DNA from: Chrysomallon squamiferum
Lineage: Eukaryota; Animalia; Mollusca
Length of the DNA: 64,000 bases
Reading direction: 5' to 3'
Assembly: GCA_012295275.1 (NCBI GenBank)
Contig: CM022672.1
Location: 25,482,001-25,546,000, forward strand
Under the pieces are notes generated by a model. It ran no database searches and was not told where the DNA came from. It saw only the letters and a list, made by a program, of their open reading frames with translations. The position numbers and the translations under genes were made by a program. Shown in pieces: positions 60,533 through 64,000 of this stretch (its first letter is position 1; every line of letters starts with the position of its first letter).

Positions 60533-61295
60533 ATGACATGCTCAAAAGTTTACTTCATTTTTGGTTTATTTTATTCAACATCTGTGGCACTCCAGTGCAG
60601 AGATTCAAATGATAAACCAGTCGACTGGTAAATATTGTTTATTTGTTTTTGTTGGTACGGTTCTCGATCAAAAACATAAATCATCTTGTCCTTTTTTTAA
60701 ACTTTAATGTTCAAAAGATCGTGGATCCTGGTTTGAAGCAAGGGGCCCAGTCAAGTTCAGATTATCTGTTATATGTTATTTTATTTAATTAATTAAATAC
60801 GGGTACATTATGTTATTGAGATTTAAAAAATCTTTTTAAAATTATCATTAAATGAAGAGTATTAAAATTTGTTTATTGTTGTTAACTTTTAATTTATTTT
60901 TAATTTTAATATTTTTATTATTAATTTTTAATTTTTATTTTAATTTATTTTATTTATTATTATTATATTTTTTAATTTTTAGTTTTTTTTTATTATTATT
61001 ATTTTTTTTTAATTTTTAGGTTTTTTTTATTATTATTATTATTATTTTTATTATTATTATTATTTATTTACTTTACTTTATTTTTATTTTTTTATAGGTT
61101 TGTTGTATATAAGTTACCAAAACTGCCTCACAATTCATCAAATTATATCCTGAGATATGGACTTGGCTATTTTTACATGGATATCAACAGTCCACACTGG
61201 AATCTGTCCAAAACATCCATAGGAAAACAGAATCATGCTATATTCTACACTCTGAATCAGATTTATGATTCTAAACCAGTATGTACTTACAGAGG

Positions 61296-61379
<84 letters not shown>

Positions 61380-62262
61380 GTAGGGACTGAAAGAATGATT
61401 GATGATAAATGTTAATTTTAATTTTTAAAATAATAAATATAAGATTGAAAGAAAATAAAACTTAGAACAGTTAATTATTCACAAGTTAATGAAAGTTTAC
61501 ATTTAAACAATTCTGACAAAAAGAAGGCAGTTGTACCTTATGAAGTTATAAATGTAACTGACATATAGTGATGATATAGGGCCTACTTATTTTTTTATTA
61601 TATTTAAAAACAGTCGGATGATATTCTCTACTTGATGTATAATGATGAAAATCCAGAAAACATATATTCTCTACATGGTGGACACACAAAAGGTAAGATG
61701 GGAATAAAAGTGTTGGCATAAATGTATGTTATTTTTTAAAATTATTATTGTTTTTTTTTTTTTTTTTTATTGCAGCACATACCAAATTCTACAGATTAGG
61801 AAAAACTACATAAGAAACAATATACCCAACATAATGATCAAATAAGAACTTAAAATTAGCGATTAAGGGCAGTTTCCATTGTTGTGTGTCATTTCTCAAT
61901 ACCAAGCTTGATTTTAAAATGTTTGATAAAAATTATTTTTTTCAAAATGATTGGATTTTATTTATAAATGATACACTGCAGTTTGATTCTTTTAGCAAAT
62001 GAAACTACAGAAAAATATAAAAACAAATGTATTAATAAGAAAAAGCAGGAACATATAATATTAAGACATTTTGATATATATTGCAATCATTATTATCCAG
62101 GTGTAGTCTCATTTGACAAAAACAGTGGATTTTGGTTGGTCCACAGCACACCAAAGTTTCCTCCAATGAAGAAATATGGCTATGACTGGCCAGAAAATGC
62201 TAAGGAATATGGTCAACAATTTTTATGTGTCAGTTATGACTACAAAATGCTCAACACAATAG
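60533..62262 (+). CDS. DNASE2: Deoxyribonuclease II (DNase II / plancitoxin-like), 5' part; remaining exons not found in window
   Basis: Exons 60533-60627 (signal peptide, CRDSNDKPVDW), 61098-61278 (FVVYKLP), 61614-61692 (LMYND...GHTKG, the first PLD-type HxK motif) and 62101-62262 (GFWLVHSTPKFPP...YGQQFLC). Confidence 0.93.
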
Positions 62263-63665
62263 GTATGATGACATGTAATTAAGTGTATAATTGGTTTCCA
62301 TAAATCAGTTTTATTTTAATTGTTTTCAGACTGTCTGTATGCTTATAACGTTAAATAGAACTTGCTGAAATATCACAAATATATATACAGGTACTGGACC
62401 AATTATCTGGTGTCTTGAAATCCTGAAAGTCCAGAAAACTGGAATTTTTCCCCGAAGCTATTTTCATAGTTCACGCGTGCAGGTGTTGTCCTCTCCAGAC
62501 CAGAATTACTCTTTCAAGCCACGTGGCATTCAGTCACTCGCCACATTGTTTATGTGTTGAGTGGACACAGTTGTGTAGTGTCAATTTATGTTTTTAATTT
62601 TAAAATGTTTATATATAATGGGCTGGTTTTGCAATGTGGTTATTTTGAGTTATGTCCCTTGCTTTGTCGTTAGATGCTGCTGCACAAACTGCTTCCGGGT
62701 AGTAAAAACCAGATCGGCTATTGCGAAAAACACATCACAACGAAGCAAACTGTTACCAAAATATACTCTAAATACCCGTGACAAAAGCCTGTTGACACAT
62801 CGAGAATTGACCAGAATCTCTCCACTCATCACTGATTGATTGCAGAGCCAGAGGTAAGATTTCATTATGAAACCATTAAATTATTTATTCAACATATTCT
62901 GTATGTAAACAAACTCAAACAATTACAAACTAACAAAGGGCTTTGACTCTGCCCAGCTTGTCAGATGTGGTCACCTCGTTTCAGTTCCCTGTGGCACAGG
63001 TATAATATCCAATCCATACTGCCATGTAATATTAGAAAGTTAAATATAACAGTTAAAGGAAGTAAACATTACTATAATACTTTACTTAATTCATCATTCT
63101 TAAAATCAGCATACAATTTAAAATGGTAAAACATTTTTTAATTGTACCTTTTCAGGAATGCCAGACAACTCAGTCCAGAGTCCAGAGACAACTCGGCACA
63201 GGGACAATCTTGTCTGTTGTTGGACAAGTGTTGTTTTATAAATTAAAGTATTCTTACCAAAATAAAACAATGTGTTTTTGTTAATATTGAATTAGTCCCA
63301 CCTCAATCTAAATGTTGTGAAACAAAGTATCATGTCAGATTGATAAATTGCTGATCCATTTATTTTTGAAGATAGTTTCCAGTGTCTGAATAATTTGTTT
63401 TTGTTCTGTAGTAGGTGATCTAAACATTGGAGAAAATCCCAGAAAAAACGGACAAAATTTCTTTATCGTACTTTATTGTCAACATAGCCATCTGACTTCC
63501 AATGAGTAGCTAATGAACAAGAAAATGATATCACCCTATAGACATTGTGCTGTTATTTTACCTGCTATTAAAAAGTAAATCCAATTGTTGAGCAGGATGA
63601 CATTTTCAGCAAGTAATGTATATAATCATCCAATTTATCTGATAACCTTTCACTTTCACAAAAAC

Positions 63666-63765
63666 ATGCCGACTTATCCATGTTCTAATGATGTCCGACC
63701 CAGGCAAGACTCATTATGCTGCAACATTTGTTCATGATGGCGACACCTCACCTGTAATACCGGTG
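63666..63765 (+). pseudogene. PHD-finger-like remnant, probably transposon-derived, in a DNase II intron
   Basis: Manual translation MPTYPCSNDVRPRQDSLCCNICS*WRHLTCNT then a GTGAGT donor; CxxCxxWxHxxC pattern with an in-frame stop. Confidence 0.5.
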
Positions 63766-64000
63766 AGTATATATTATTATTATTATTGTTATTAAGTGTA
63801 GGATGTCTTGAAATACAGTAATTTTAAATGTATAAGGTTTAGAACTGAAATATCGTAAATATGTTTTATCAGTTAAAAAGATAACTCCGAGTTTTTTCTG
63901 CATATGGTGAATTAGGAGAATTTCCATTATTTGTGAAAAGAAAAGAAATAATAGAAGAGTAAAATATTGTATGTGATAAAAAAATCTTTTGTATACTAAA

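Noticed and set aside
62388-63210. Possible MITE starting TA|CAGGTACTGGACC in a DNase II intron
   Set aside because: I could not find a matching right TIR or TSD.

Overview
AT-rich, microsatellite-dense animal genomic DNA with spliced genes. It is most likely a mollusc, probably a gastropod, inferred from gene architecture and a SINE-like repeat; no database check was possible. In order: (1) a GC-rich island at ~530-730 that folds into three adjacent hairpins; (2) a large inverted duplication (~2.6-17.5 kb) with two convergent single-exon LicD/fukutin-family genes, a 3' gene fragment, a MITE in one arm only and two minisatellites expanded in the other; (3) a three-level nest of mobile DNA (THAP+SWIM ISL2EU-like remnant > SINE-like repeat > AcademX-like element with 3-bp TSD); (4) two tandem small secreted Gly/Asn/Tyr-rich protein genes; (5) a 14-exon astacin-EGF-CUB-Cys-rich-TSP1-TSP1 metalloprotease with a Tigger remnant in an intron; (6) an atypical NKRF-like gene; (7) GTF2H4 head-to-head with DNase II, which is incomplete at the window end. 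The best candidate for an undescribed system is the cluster of LicD pair, G/N/Y-rich secreted proteins and astacin as a possible extracellular-matrix (shell/cuticle) module. That link is inference from proximity only. Exon coordinates were read by eye and may be off by a few bases. Most short ORFs in the supplied track are microsatellite artefacts.
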